A stretch of 63,834 nt of DNA, filler included, from Atractiella rhizophila (lineage: Eukaryota), in NCBI GenBank assembly GCA_021432655.1. It is 4 parts of 4 records of this genome, joined end to end, with 100 filler letters (N's around TTAATTAATTAA, not from the genome) between each part and the next. Parts side by side here need not be neighbours in the genome. Positions count along the whole stretch, not along the records: positions 45,410 to 60,319 come from MU271801.1; positions 60,420 to 63,834 come from MU271880.1; 2 more parts are not named here. The stretch is one strand, 5' to 3'. Shown here one piece after another: positions 48,221-61,943 of this stretch. Positions within the stretch are counted from its first letter, which is position 1. Each line of letters opens with the position of its first letter. The notes under the pieces were generated by a model. It saw only the letters and a list, made by a program, of their open reading frames with translations, had not been told where the DNA came from and did not search any database. The translations under genes were made by a program, and so were the position numbers.

Positions 48221-51200
48221 TCAACGAGTCCGTTCCGCCTGACTGAGGTAGAAATCGATTGTAAATCTGTTTTCGTCACATCTTTCCATCCGATCAGCAT
48301 TGGCTGTGTCAAAATAAACAAGAAATCAAATACTTACATACGCAACATCTGGCTCTGAAAGTCAAGTAACGCCTTCTGTACACTCCTAAAAGGTGCCATA
48401 TATCTCATCGAATTCTCCTTTAAATGCGTCCCATGAGCCTTGAGGATGGCACAGATCCAGACCAGGTGAAATTCCACGTGCGGGCTTTCTTCCATTTCTT
48501 TTGCAATAAACACGAGCAATTTCTCAACGTAGACAATGGGGAGATTTCGACAAATGATAGGGACATCTGTTACTGGTATTTTGTGATAAACCGATCGGAT
48601 GATTGGTCGCTCGTTCAGTCGAAATGCCATGACTAGAGCTTTGAGGTATTCCTTATTTGCGGTGGTCGCTTGGATGGAGGAAGGAGTGATGTCAATCTCC
48701 AGGTCGAAAGGATCGAATTCGATCGCTCCATCAAGAGAATAGATGAGTAGACCTTCGGTAGATGCGGCTGCCCAACTCTTTCCAGCAGGAGAAAACCGTA
48801 CCGACCTCGTCCTTGCCTCAGGCCTATATTTCCTCTTCGACATGTCACCCCCCTGTGCTCCAGGTAGAAAGTTGTCCAATCTGTCTTCCAAATCCTCTAG
48901 ATCGCCTCTTTCATCGATTTCCTCAAGCGGACCAGCTTCGGTCAGCTTTCTGGAGTCAAGATATTCCTGTATGCCATCAAGTGAAAGGTTCTTGGATATC
49001 TGAAACTTCTTCAACAACAATCCTTCGCGGCACTCATAAAGGCAAATCCATTTTGAACTCCCACCGGCTAGGATCGTGCTGCCGTCTGCGGAATAAGCCA
49101 AAGACTCGAAAGCCTTCCCAGCAGCTGAATTTTTGGCAGTCCTCCGATCGTTGACCTTCCGCCCACCACTTACATCCTTCCTTCCCTCCAAAAGTTGAGT
49201 CTCCCTCCCGGTATCCACATCCCAGAAAGAAATCTCGCCATCAAGCGTAGAAACAGCGACCTCCTTGCCATCAGGCCGAAAAGTGACTGCGAGGGCGTCG
49301 GATGAGAGCTGAAATGTCTGTGTATTCTTGTTTCGGGAGTAGAGGTCCCATAATCGCACCGTCTTGTCCCAGGAACAGCTCGCCATCTTGTCACCCATCG
49401 GCGAAAACGCGAGACAAGAGACTGGTGCCTCGTGACCAACCAACGTTTCGAGGAGCTTTCCCGTCTGCACAGACCAGACATAGATGTCGAATGCGTCTCC
49501 AGATCCACCAGCGCACACAACATCACCGCTTGGATCTACTGCGAGACTTGTGAACTGCACAGGGGTGGGAGACGTAAACGTCCTGAAATTACGGTAGCGT
49601 ATCAAGTCAAAGGCTCGGACGGTCCCATCGAGAGAAGAAGAGAAGATGACCGTTCCGTTCTTCGAGAAAGTGACGGTGGAAATGGAGGAGGTATGTTCGG
49701 AGAAAGTAACAAAGTTGAANNNNNNNNNNNNNNNNNNNNNNNNNNNNNNNNNNNNNNNNNNNNNNNNNNNNNNNNNNNNNNNNNNNNNNNNNNNNNNNNN
49801 NNNNNNNNNNNNNNNNNNNNNNNNNNNNNNNNNNNNNNNNNNNNNNNNNNNNNNNNNNNNNNNNNNNNNNNNNNNNNNNNNNNNNNNNNNNNNNNNNNNN
49901 NNNNNNNNNNNNNNNNNNNNNNNNNNNNNNNNNNNNNNNNNNNNNNNNNNNNNNNNNNNNNNNNNNNNNNNNNNNNNNNNNNNNNNNNNNNNNNNNNNNN
50001 NNNNNNNNNNNNNNNNNNNNNNNNNNNNNNNNNNNNNNNNNNNNNNNNNNNNNNNNNNNNNNNNNNNNNNNNNNNNNNNNNNNNNNNNNNNNNNNNNNNN
50101 NNNNNNNNNNNNNNNNNNNNNNNNNNNNNNNNNNNNNNNNNNNNNNNNNNNNNNNNNNNNNNNNNNNNNNNNNNNNNNNNNNNNNNNNNNNNNNNNNNNN
50201 NNNNNNNNNNNNNNNNNNNNNNNNNNNNNNNNNNNNNNNNNNNNNNNNNNNNNNNNNNNNNNNNNNNNNNNNNNNNNNNNNNNNNNNNNNNNNNNNNNNN
50301 NNNNNNATCACACCGTTCGTTTCGCCCTCTTCAGAAGTAACAGTGCGCCGTCTCTGGAGACAGTATAGATAGTCTTCTGATCTTGAGAAAAATAAGCGGC
50401 GAGCACGGAATCTCGGTGACCAGAGAATGTTTTTGGACGGAAACCAGGAAGAGGATTGAGGGTGTAAAGTTTAGCTGTATTATCCTTGCTGGCGGTGAGG
50501 AAACATCTGCAATTTCCTCAGTTTCAGGAAGGAGAGAGAGAAAAGAGAAAGAGACGAACCGTGAATCAGGACTCCATGTGATGCTTGAAACATCATCGTT
50601 ATGTCCCGTATAGGTTCGATGAAGTTTGAACGGCGCAAATTCGCGAATAAGGAGTGACGGAGTCTTCCATACCTGAATGTGTTGTCCGTGGGTGACAGCA
50701 ATATACCTATCCATGTGCAAAACAGCTTTCTCAGCGAAAGTACAGAGATTCAATCGAGGGGACGCACTTTCCATCAGGTGAGAACTGAATGTCCTCCACA
50801 GGCTTCTTGAAATTGATGTGTCCTAGGACCACTCCTCTCTGATAATTCACCAGAAGGGCTCGACCATCTACGTAGAGAAGATTAGTAAGTTTAGAACAGT
50901 AACAGCAGCAGACTCGCCTTCGTCTACAGGTATGAGTGTTCTGCCATCTGGGCTCAACGCAATCCGCTTAATGTTCTTCGCATTTTGCGGCTCTAACGTG
51001 CGAGTCTTATTCCTTTCTTCCACTCCTCATTAGCATCATTTGTTCCCAAAACGGGGCATAAAGAAATGAGAATGGGGGAGCATACCGCACCAAATCGAAA
51101 GATCCTACTCTGTTCCCAAGTGGCGAGATCACATTGTTCCCATCAGCAGTAAAAAGTAAGTTTCCAGCAGTATAAACCGTTCCTAGGAGATTCTGGAAAC

Positions 51201-51222
51201 GATAGGCACTGGAGGAGGCCAT
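48221..51222 (-). CDS. PWP2: Periodic tryptophan protein 2 (SSU processome UTP-B, WD40); internal gap
   Basis: YRFQNLLGTVY..GNLLFT.DGN, REFAPFKLHRTYTGH.DDV, SLDGTVRAFDLIRYRNFRTFTSP, KKFQISKNLSLDG, WAAASTEGLLIYSLD, FDPFDL, ALVMAFRLNE, SPHVEF. Confidence 0.97.
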
Positions 51223-51397
51223 GATCCTGTTCACCCAGCTTCAGCTATTCAGCTAAACGAAACTCTTTGGAGGAATGCGAAAAGTTTGGACACCAGATTG
51301 AGTTCCGGTTGTGTGTCTGTACTCCTGAAACACCGGTCGGAGAAATGGAGGCTTCTGTTTTCTTTGCGCAGCGTTTGTGACTTTTCGAAACGACATC
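51223..51397. promoter_or_regulatory. Putative bidirectional promoter between PWP2 and RPS18
   Basis: Only 175 bp separate the divergent ATGs. Confidence 0.55.
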
Positions 51398-52276
<879 letters not shown>

Positions 52277-52611
52277 TGACAATTGTTGCTGCTGAGTTGA
52301 ACTGGATTTGCACCGTCAACTCTCACTCAATTCTCACTCCTCCGTCGTACTTTGCACAGCGCCCACTTTCACGTCTTTCCATATCTTGGTGAAACTCAAG
52401 TTCTCTGCCAAGATGAGCATCCGCTGGTACATCCTCACACTTCATGAACTGACATCAGATATCTGGAAATGCACTGTATCCTGTCAAGCTGACTACCCGG
52501 TAGCATCCCGTAGTTCCGCGAAGTTTCTTCACTTCACTATCCCTGCTTGTGGTGCTTGACTGTTCCTGTTAGCTGCTCCAGCGACTAACAAGCGTAGTCT
52601 CCCAACTCCAA

Positions 52612-54294
52612 ATGTTACGCTTGGGTCTTACGCGTTCGTCCACAGCCTCCACGTCTTCCACCCTCCTGTGTCCCTACGTGGCCGCACCCATTTCCAGTCC
52701 AGCGACACGAATTTTCCGACATGGCGCAGGGCATCGCCAGCAGCGAGGGGCGCGTATGAAAGGTCCTACACGTCCAAAAGACAACAAGAAGACATACGGC
52801 TTCCTCCGTTCCTCTGCTCCACAAACCACCTCTCGAGTGCGGTGGGCGGATAGCTCGATGGACGTTGCGTCGATGTCTCCGGAGCTCATCGCTGCCAACT
52901 ACGCCAAGTGGGCGACGAACACGCCTGATTTGGGATACAACGACTTGCTCGCTTTCCCTGAACAGTTTCCGCCCGATAAATTGACAGCCACCACTTTTGC
53001 TGGTCCCCTTTCTGGCAAGACTGTGTTCGATTCGTCCCTCTTGGCTAAGAGAATGATTAAGGCGTGGGGACTGGATACCATGGAGGATCTCGTGGTTATA
53101 GAGTGTTGGGCCGGAGTGGGGACTTTTACGGAGGAACTGCTGAAGTTACCGAATCTCAAAAAGATAGTGGCAATAGAGGACAATAGGTGGTCTACGAAAG
53201 TGGCACTCGAGAACAAAGTCAGATTCCTCCTCCACCTCTCCTCTCCACCGTGCAGACGCTCTGATAGTGGGAATTCAAAAACAAAACCGCCTAAAAGTTG
53301 GAAAAAAACCGCCGGGGAAAGCCCAACAACCCGGCCTCCGGAAAGCCAGGAACCAACCCCAAAACCAAAAAGGGGGAACCCAAAACCCAACGCAACCAAG
53401 GGCCAAAAGGAGAACCCCCCCTCTCAACCCCTCCCCACCGAAATAAAATGTGTGACAGTGCATCCGAACTTGTTCGTGCTCACACACGTCTCAGACGATT
53501 TCAACGGCGAAAAGTTCCTGTACTCTTGCACGACCTCGACTCTGCCCAACAACTGGCTCTGGCGTCTCGGACGCTTCCGACAGGGTTTCATACACACGGT
53601 AGGATTGTACGATCGCATCTACCCCACCGATCCGACTACTCCTCGTCGACTCATCTACCCGACCAACAAGCTGGCCATCCTCATGTCCCTCATCGGTTCC
53701 TTCCGTTGCACCCTCGACCCTTCCCAGTTCTTTCCCGTTCCCGCACACTTTGTTCTGCCCACTAGGATACAGGACGGTGATACGAGTGTGCAGACGAGAC
53801 GGTGGATGGCTAGCGAATATTTACCCTTCAATTTGGAGAGGGAGAGGTTGTGGTATGATGAGATGGAACACATATTGACCAGCGCGTTCTCGTCCAGGAA
53901 TAAAAAGATCAGTACCTCTCTAGAGTTCGTCTTTTCCTTTCCTCCACTCCTCTCGTAACATTCATTGACTTTTTGCTTTTATCGGTTTGGTTCGTTGGGG
54001 AGTATAGTCAGATAGCGCATGGAGCGTCGAATATACTCAAGAGGCTGGAGAAGAAAGGGGTAGATATTGACGAGAACCTTTGGGTGGTCAATCTCAACAG
54101 TCAACAGTGGCTCTCGATAATCAACGAGTTCCACAAGTGGCCTTTCAAGCCTGACGTGCGTCCTCACCTCCGTTTTCCTCCTTTACCTGTCTTCTATTAG
54201 GAGGTTTCTTGAGCTCACATTGACTGTTGCGCAGGTCTATGGAGAGGGCGGATGGTCGTGGAGGGAACAAGCGGAGATGTTCCACAAGGAGTGA
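52612..54294 (+). CDS. MTF1: Mitochondrial transcription factor Mtf1 / KsgA-Dim1 methyltransferase-fold protein
   Basis: R/S-rich, acid-free N-terminus (mitochondrial presequence-like). VVIECWAGVGTFTEELL...KKIVAIED, WLWRLGR, KLAIL, QFFP, LNSQQWLSIINEFHKWPFKP. Region ~53270-53460 looks garbled. Confidence 0.75.
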
Positions 54295-54799
54295 TCTTGT
54301 TCTTATTTATTCAACTTTTAGTTGAAGTATTACCATTCATGCTCTTAGAATCCTATAATAAGTAAAATTACAACCACAAGCAGGACCAATACCATCATTT
54401 CACGATCTAACAATATCAAAAGTGACGGTACCGGTTATCGAGTATAATATAGGCGCAAACAGGAAAAGGGTCTGAAATCTCCCGCAGGAGTCTTCGTGAT
54501 GGCCAATCCATAGGTCCTGAGAAATTCTGTCACCTTGAGTTCAAGCTGAAGACTCAAATTTTCTTGCGACTCACATTTGTAGAAAGAGTTGGTTTTTAAG
54601 TTATTTGCTGCTTAGTTCTTACCAACAAGATTACGAACGACAGTCTTCCAACAGCAACGAGCAATATGGAACCGGAGCGGAGACAGACGGAAGGAAGGAG
54701 TGAGGAGGCGTGAGAGTAGGGACAAAGCTTTGCGACACAGACCATTAATCCATTAAACCCGATGTAACGACAGAGCAATAATCTACATCGAACGAAACC

Positions 54800-56896
54800 T
54801 TAGTGGGGATCCCACTCCACTTGGTGGGTCAGGCTATTATACCCTCTCAGACGGAGGACAGAGGATGCGTAAAGGGGGAGGAGACAGACCTGAAGGAATT
54901 GTAAGACGGCGTCCGCGGATTCAACATGGGTTGAAAGTTTTGGACCTCCGCCCATCTCTTGAACAGTCTGATCCAACGCTCGTCAGCCATCATGCACTTT
55001 CGCCATTACAAGAGAGAGAGAAAAGTAAGAAAGGGATTGGAAGGGGGAACGAACCGTCTCCAATAACAGTCTACGGCGCTCGGACTGAGGTTCTTCCTGA
55101 AGAACTCAAAGCTGGTGTTCGCTATCCTCTCCGCCTTATCCTCGTACTGAATGAGGTCCTGCATGATATTCGGAAGCTCTTTGAGGTCTTTGAATTCGAC
55201 CATATTCTGAGTTTTGGAGGTCGGAGAGGTATCGAAGAGGTGATGAAAGTGTTGTAGGTACTCCATCTTGTAAGCTACCGTCACAGATCGACATTGGAGG
55301 ATGTACCTTCACAATCATCCGCGTCAATTCTTTCATTGTCGTCGTCGTTTGGTACAGGAGGGAAGGAGAGGGGAAGGGTAGAAAGGGACTGACTTGAGAC
55401 GACCGGAAGCGGCGAAACCCTCGACGTGACCCAAGAACTTATAGTCGCAATGTTCAGCCTGAGTCTTCAACACGTCCTTTGGCGATCCCCAATTGATTTC
55501 CATGATATCCTTTCCCCACTCAAACTTGTTCGCCAGTTCCATGAACTCCTGTCATCCCACCCATAATCACATGAACATGCGACGATAAGACGATGAGGCT
55601 ACGATACGGATGTGGAATAAGGAGGTGGGAAGGACGTACCCGTCGAATGGGGATGAGCAAGGCGCCGCGCCAGAAGAGAGACGTCAGTTTGGTCTTCCAC
55701 GTCAATCCAGCTTCGCGCTCCAAACACTGGTCCGCCACTTCCTGGAAGCTTCCCACTCCCGGCTACCGCACCACCACCACGCGCGATCAAGAGTCAGTTT
55801 CTCCCTCTCACTGCAGAACAAAGCCTGGAAAGAAGAATGAGGGAAAGACGAACCTCGGGCCAGGAATACCAACTGTAATCGGGCATCAACCACAGATGTT
55901 CCTCCCTCTCCTTCCTTCCTAACACCCAAATAGGCAATCCCAACGAGGCGTCACCGGTGTCCGTCGTCTGGATCACGAATTCGATGTCTGGGACAGGGTG
56001 GAGGGAGGTCAAGACGGCTTGATTGATTGCTGCCAACGTGGCTGTCAAACCACCCATCAGATTCAAGATTGGTGCGTGTGAGCTCGAGAAGGCGATGACG
56101 AACCAAGTGTACGTGTGCCTTGACCGCCTCGGTAGTCTTTTACGTAGAACTGCATCCATGTCACCTCATCAACCCAGTTCGAGAATGAAGAAAGGAGGAA
56201 GGAGACGCACGCGGTTGCGCAATATCACTCCTCGTGCGTTCGCTCCCCGTTCCATGGCTTTGTCGAGGTCGGAGGATGAGATGCCTCCCCTTCTTTTGAA
56301 GTAGGACGCAGCGCGGTCCGCTTCTCTGTTCACCGATGCTCACCATGGGTCAGCCGTCCGACGATGTAGAAAGGACGAACATCCAGTTTCTTTTGTCAAA
56401 CACCATCTGTGTCGTCTCACTCAGTTGGGTTTAAGAGGAAGAGGAGGAGGAAACACTGACTTCGCATTGCTCCTCGTTGAGGTGCCTGTCGACGGCTAAA
56501 TCCCATCGACCCAAATCTTCCACGCCACTTCCCTTCCCTGGAGGTTGCCATGCATCGCAAAGCTACACCGTTACATTCCGTCAGAATCAACCCACGCCAT
56601 TCCCTCAAACCAACCGAACCACATGAGAATAAAAAACGCACCTGTTCTATACTCCCAAACGCCGGTCTGGGAGAACAGACATACGGATTCTTGACGTAAC
56701 TCTCGTCCCAGCGTGGCGCACTGCTCGGCTTAAAGAGCCAGTAGAGTATGACGAGCGCAGGGAGTGCGAGGTAGAGGAACTTGCGACGCTGCTGCTGCGT
56801 TGCGTTCTGGGAGGACGTGGGGAGCGGGCTGTAGTTGCCGCGGTCGGAGAGTGGGAGGAGGCGACGGGAGAGGTCGCGCAGTTTTATGCCGCTCAT
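54800..56896 (-). CDS. Glycosyltransferase family 90 (CAP10/KDELC/POGLUT-like), type II membrane protein, ~9 exons
   Basis: N-terminal TM FLYLALPALVILYWLF, then VPDIEFV, LWLMPDYSWYSWPE, W.TK...LFWRGA, EHCDYKFLGHVEGFAASGRLK, KAERIA, LSP.AVDCYWRRL. Confidence 0.88.
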
Positions 56897-58876
56897 CGCT
56901 GCGGCTGCCACTCGCGTGAGTGGCGTAGAGCTGTATGGGTGAAGAGGGAGAGAGGGAGAGTGGGAGTGAAGGGGTTGGAAATTTGACTGAATGCGGGAAC
57001 TCGGTGCGGCTTCGGAGGATGCCGACCGGGAAGGAATGAATAGAATGGTGTGTCTACGGACTCAGCCCTGTTTGTTTGTGGTTCATTGGCGTTGGTATCG
57101 TGCCTAGTATGGTGACATGGTGACATGGCGGAGGATGTCGAGGGGGTAGCTGACTTGGTTGGGAATGCTAACTGAGAACTGGGAATGGCAACTGAAGGAG
57201 ACATTGGTAAAGAGAGAGACCTATCAGGACACGGTGTGTCTTTGAACTACTCTGAAGGGAGGAATTTGGAGACTCGAGATTGCTTTTCTTCACATGCCAG
57301 GATACAACAATGTGGGAATGGCACAATGTAAAGGGTTGGGTGTTGGGCTGGAAGAAGGCAGTCCCCTGCGGAGCAATCAAACCCACAGAAATTGCTCACG
57401 TTTCAATTAAAGACATTACACTGCAGAGAGAAGACTTGGACCATCCCCAACAAAATGCAGACTCGGATACATTTGCCTTCTTGCGACCAGTGGCGGTTCT
57501 GGTCCCGAAGTCATGGCATAAATTCCAAGCAGAAAGCGTATCACTCGACCAGTTCGATTTTTGAAAGAAAAAAGTAGATTGTGTGATATTTATGTTCGAA
57601 TTCTGTTGAAGGTGTCCTACCTCCAACCATCACCAGTCCAACATTACGCTAGCCATGTAACACAATATCTTTTCTGCCTGACGATATACTTTTTTCGCTG
57701 TCATTGCAAAGCAATGACCATATTATGGCCTGAAGCTCTGTTTTTTCCTGCAATGACAGTCTGTGTGTGGTTGATAGAAATTGTGACGTAGCACATTTTC
57801 CAGACAGCATAGTTTGCCACCTATTGCCACACTGACGATACAAACGTCAAAACAACCCTACCGATTCCATTTCTTTCCCAAGAAAGAAAAGAACAGAAAT
57901 CACTCGGGAGAGGAGGAAGACGGTTTCCTGAACATTTGAAAGAAAGCGAGAGACCTCGGTCTCAAGAAGCTGCGAGGCAGTGTAGAGTAATTACATGCAA
58001 GGGACGGAGTTGCGAAAAGTCTTCTTCGTCCGGAATTGCGACCCGTGTGGGATGTAGATGTGGATAGATGGGGTTACGATTCGGTTCGCTTGATTGTCTG
58101 CGTCAACTGGAACTCACACGGCACGCGAGAGTGATGCGTGATATGTGTGTGTGGAGGTGCAGGAGCCGTTCCCGCCGTGTCTGCCTTGTCATGTTTATGC
58201 AGCGGGTTCTTACGGCGCAGTTGACGACCTGAAAGCATCACATTCAAATGTTTTGACCCTGTCCTCCAAGTGGTATCAGCGAGCGTGGAACTTTTCGTAA
58301 AAGAGAGTCGGCATGGTGGTTCATTATCAGCGAAAACAGCCTGCTCTTCAAAATCAAAACTAGCTCAAAGCGAATTAGTGTCTTGAGGACATGCATCCCG
58401 TATTCTGAATGAGACTCGCCGGGCCGTTGAGGGAAAGAACCGTGACGGAGATGCGTTCGTCTCCTCTCGGAATTGCGTCTCTGGCTGGCGTTACGAGAGA
58501 GCATGCGCATCTGAGGACGAAACGAACTAAACCAAGGTCAGGATCTGGTTCATTCTAGGTCAAACGCATTCATAACGTGAAGGTCCATGGTTTCTCCTTC
58601 AGGAATCAATTCTCCACAATCGTCTGCACCTTGCTTTTACTCTCACAATTCACCCGAGAGCAATTGGGTATGCTGCACGGAGTAATTGGGTTCTTTCAGG
58701 TCCCTTCAAAGGTCGCCGACCATTCACTCGAGCTCATGTTGGAGCTCAAACGGGGTCGTGCTTTAGATATTGGCGGCTTTAGCCTCGCGATATGCGATGC
58801 CACTATGTTCGTATCGTGTGCATCATTCATGGTACAAAAGTCCTCTTGCTCCTCAAGTCTACATATATAAGGAACC

Positions 58877-59700
58877 ATGGGCTCTTTCGAGGCTAACCCC
58901 TTCGTTCGACCTTCTGACCTGGAAACACTCGCACGTCCTTTGAGGTCAACCGTCGGAATCCGCTGTGTTGACCTTTTCTCAAAGTTTCTACCCTCTCGCA
59001 NNNNNNNNNNNNNNNNNNNNNNNNNNNNNNNNNNNNNNNNNNNNNNNNNNNNNNNNNNNNNNNNNNNNNNNNNNNNNNNNNNNNNNNNNNNNNNNNNNNN
59101 NNNNNNNNNNNNNNNNNNNNNNNNNNNNNNNNNNNNNNNNNNNNNNNNNNNNNNNNNNNNNNNNNNNNNNNNNNNNNNNNNNNNNNNNNNNNNNNNNNNN
59201 NNNNNNNNNNNNNNNNNNNNNNNNNNNNNNNNNNNNNNNNNNNNNNNNNNNNNNNNNNNNNNNNNNNNNNNNNNNNNNNNNNNNNNNNNNNNNNNNNNNN
59301 NNNNNNNNNNNNNNNNNNNNNNNNNNNNNNNNNNNNNNNNNNNNNNNNNNNNNNNNNNNNNNNNNNNNNNNNNNNNNNNNNNNNNNNNNNNNNNNNNNNN
59401 NNNNNNNNNNNNNNNNNNNNNNNNNNNNNNNNNNNNNNNNNNNNNGTGGTCTTCAGGAATAGTGGAATAGTAGTAGCAGGCGGATTCATGCGAGGAATAG
59501 CGCGAGATGGAACAGTTTACGACTCTGGGCGAGTGGGATCGTACGTTCGGATAGCGTACAACGAAAAGTTGGGACGTCGGCAGATCGTAGAATATAATGA
59601 AGCGTGAGTCCCTTTAATTTGGACTCTCTAATGGGTTGAGGCTGATGTGCAACTCAGAACCAATGGTTCGTGCTTCATGTTTCTACGAGGTCGCTTGTAA
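58877..59700 (+). CDS. Hypothetical small protein spanning a gap
   Basis: ATG 58877 follows a TATATAA. After the gap an open frame VFRNSGIVVAGGFMRG...QIVEYNEA is followed by a clean GTGAGT...CTGAT...CAG intron and TNGSCFMFLRGRL*. Linkage across the gap is unproven. Confidence 0.4.
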
Positions 59701-60234
59701 CGAGTATGTAGGAGCAAATTTCCCTTTGTACCCTTGGCATATGAAACGAGATATACGAAACTAGCTGAATTGTGCCATTGCTCCTTAGGAAGCAGTACTT
59801 TTTGAGTGTATAAAGAAGAGACCTGTGAACTTGGCTACGTCATCCCTCGAATGGAGGGAATGAAAACCGTCCAATTCGGAGTCAAAAGTCAACAAACCAG
59901 TTGCTCACGGTTGTGAGCAGGACACAGACTCATCTAGAGCGTTCCCAACGGTGAGAAAATTGAAGTCGATTGGTTGTATGGTGGCTTCGAATTCACCAGC
60001 GCTAATTCTGGTGTAATTCCTTTCCGTGATAAACAGTTGAGGTATGTATACGACTTCATATTTGAGCTCTTTATTTGTTGAAAGCACGTACTTGCCCAAT
60101 TCTTGGACCAAACTTGCGCGAGTATTCCGGCGCTGTGGTGAGAAGGCTGGACTGCGATACCCTAAGGGATTTGCATGTCGAACTCTGACGCGTCGTTGCC
60201 TTCGTCGTCTCGTCCCTGAACACCACAGTCCAAC

Positions 60235-60304
60235 ATGAGCAGCCGTTCCTCTTACGATCGCTACCTGACAGTATTCTCTCCCGAAGGGCGTCTTTACCAA
60301 GTCG
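60235..60304 (+). CDS. SCL1: 20S proteasome alpha1 subunit, first exon only (rest in gap)
   Basis: MSSRSSYDRYLTVFSPEGRLYQV is the proteasome alpha N-terminal signature of the alpha1/PSMA6 type, followed by a GTGCGT donor. Confidence 0.8.
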
Positions 60305-61943
60305 GTGCGTCAAAGTTGCNNNNNNNNNNNNNNNNNNNNNNNNNNNNNNNNNNNNNNNNNNNNTTAATTAATTAANNNNNNNNNNNNNNNNNNNNNNNNN
60401 NNNNNNNNNNNNNNNNNNNTGGAAAGCTGATGCTGAGGACGAATACAATGCTCAAATCTGTGTTTCGTCATGGCGGGGAATGGAGGACGTGGGAGAAAGA
60501 GTACGATCTGAGAAGCAGCAAGCTTTCGCGGCCATTAGGAATACTGAGAACTGAAGTTCGCACATTTTCTCTTTCTCTATTCCAAGCCAAGGTTAACGAC
60601 TCCGAAAAAGCTTTCTCAACCATCCCCACCACTGCTTGGCCGTACATCCGAAACTCTCACCCTATACCTTGCTCTTTTCTTTCCGTCCCCCTCCTGCGCC
60701 GTCCTCGTCCTCGTTCCCATTTATCAAAGCGAAGCCCGCAGAGAATCAGATGTTGTACATCGAAAGATGCCTTGTCACTCTATCCTGTCGTACCATGGTT
60801 CGAGGTGGAAGGGAATATCGAGGACGGATGCACTTGGTAGAACTGAGAAGGCAAGAGTTCGACTTCACCACTCCGGCCCCTGTTCCCGTCACTCCCTCAC
60901 CTAGGGGAGGACGACGCATATCCATCTCGCTCCCCTCTCGTCGGCCACGTCCAACTTCGACCCATTCTCTGCCACCTCCTACGACAACGACGACGACCAC
61001 CGCACACCAAGGTATCCCACTCCCTTGTCTTCCACCAGGATCGGGAGGCGAGGAGCTGCTCCTCCTCCCCCTTCGACCTTCAGACCGAAACACAGAACCC
61101 GTCCCGTCCACACAGGAATATCCCACTAGCGGATCAGGCGATCAGTTTTCGACAACATAACATCGAGCGCGAATACGTCGTCAGCGTCTCCCTCCAGATT
61201 GGAGGACGCGGAGCGGGTGGAGGGAGACAGTATTGTGTCGCTAGGTTTCCGATCCAGATCGTACCGGGAGAGGAAGATGGGCATCTGGATTTGGGATTGC
61301 CGAGTTGGGAGGAGGCGGTGGCTGGGTTGGATGAGGGCGAGAGGGAGAGAAGGCTGAGTGGAGAGATTCCTAGGGAGGTTGTGGTGGTGGATGCGAGAGA
61401 TGATGGTTTGCCTGGTTATGATTGAGTTTCTTATGCTTGAATCGTTTTCTCCTTCGTTCTGTTTTCCATCGAGTTCGTGTTGAAAGAAAGATACCAGTAG
61501 GTTGCTTTTTGATACCCAGAGAATACCTATGCGAGAGAACTTTGTTGCTTGTGATTAATATTGCCCATAACTTGATAGCAACCAAATTGAAATGCAAATG
61601 TTAATTTTACTTCGCGGAGTGGTTCATGAAGACAGGGAGACATTGCATCGATGTTAATTCCACTCCAGCTCTCAGCTAGTATGCCATGGCACCGTAACAT
61701 GAACATCGTCAATCCAATGGCGTGACACGTTAACATGTTATTAGATTAACATTGACATTTAATTAAGCATTAAACAGCAACGAGGCACGTGCAGTCGGCG
61801 TCTAATGACCGGAAACAAACGACGATTTCTCCTAGTACTTGGTTCTTCTTCACGGCCTTCATCCCAACGTCTCCTTCTCTTCCCCTTCGTACTCCTTCTC
61901 TACTACCTGCCCAAGTACTCCTAGCCTGCGCAAACGGGGGACA

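Noticed and set aside
53275..53460. K/P-rich insertion in the MTF1-like protein
   Set aside because: Homopolymer-dense garble typical of low-quality base calls; it likely masks an intron and exon.
57250..57860. TGAC-rich tract ending CAACCCTA (hAT-like terminus)
   Set aside because: No matching opposite terminus or TSD found.
60430..61400. Pro/Thr-rich coding-like sequence after the gap
   Set aside because: Probably the 3' part of a gene, but no consistent exon model or family could be built.
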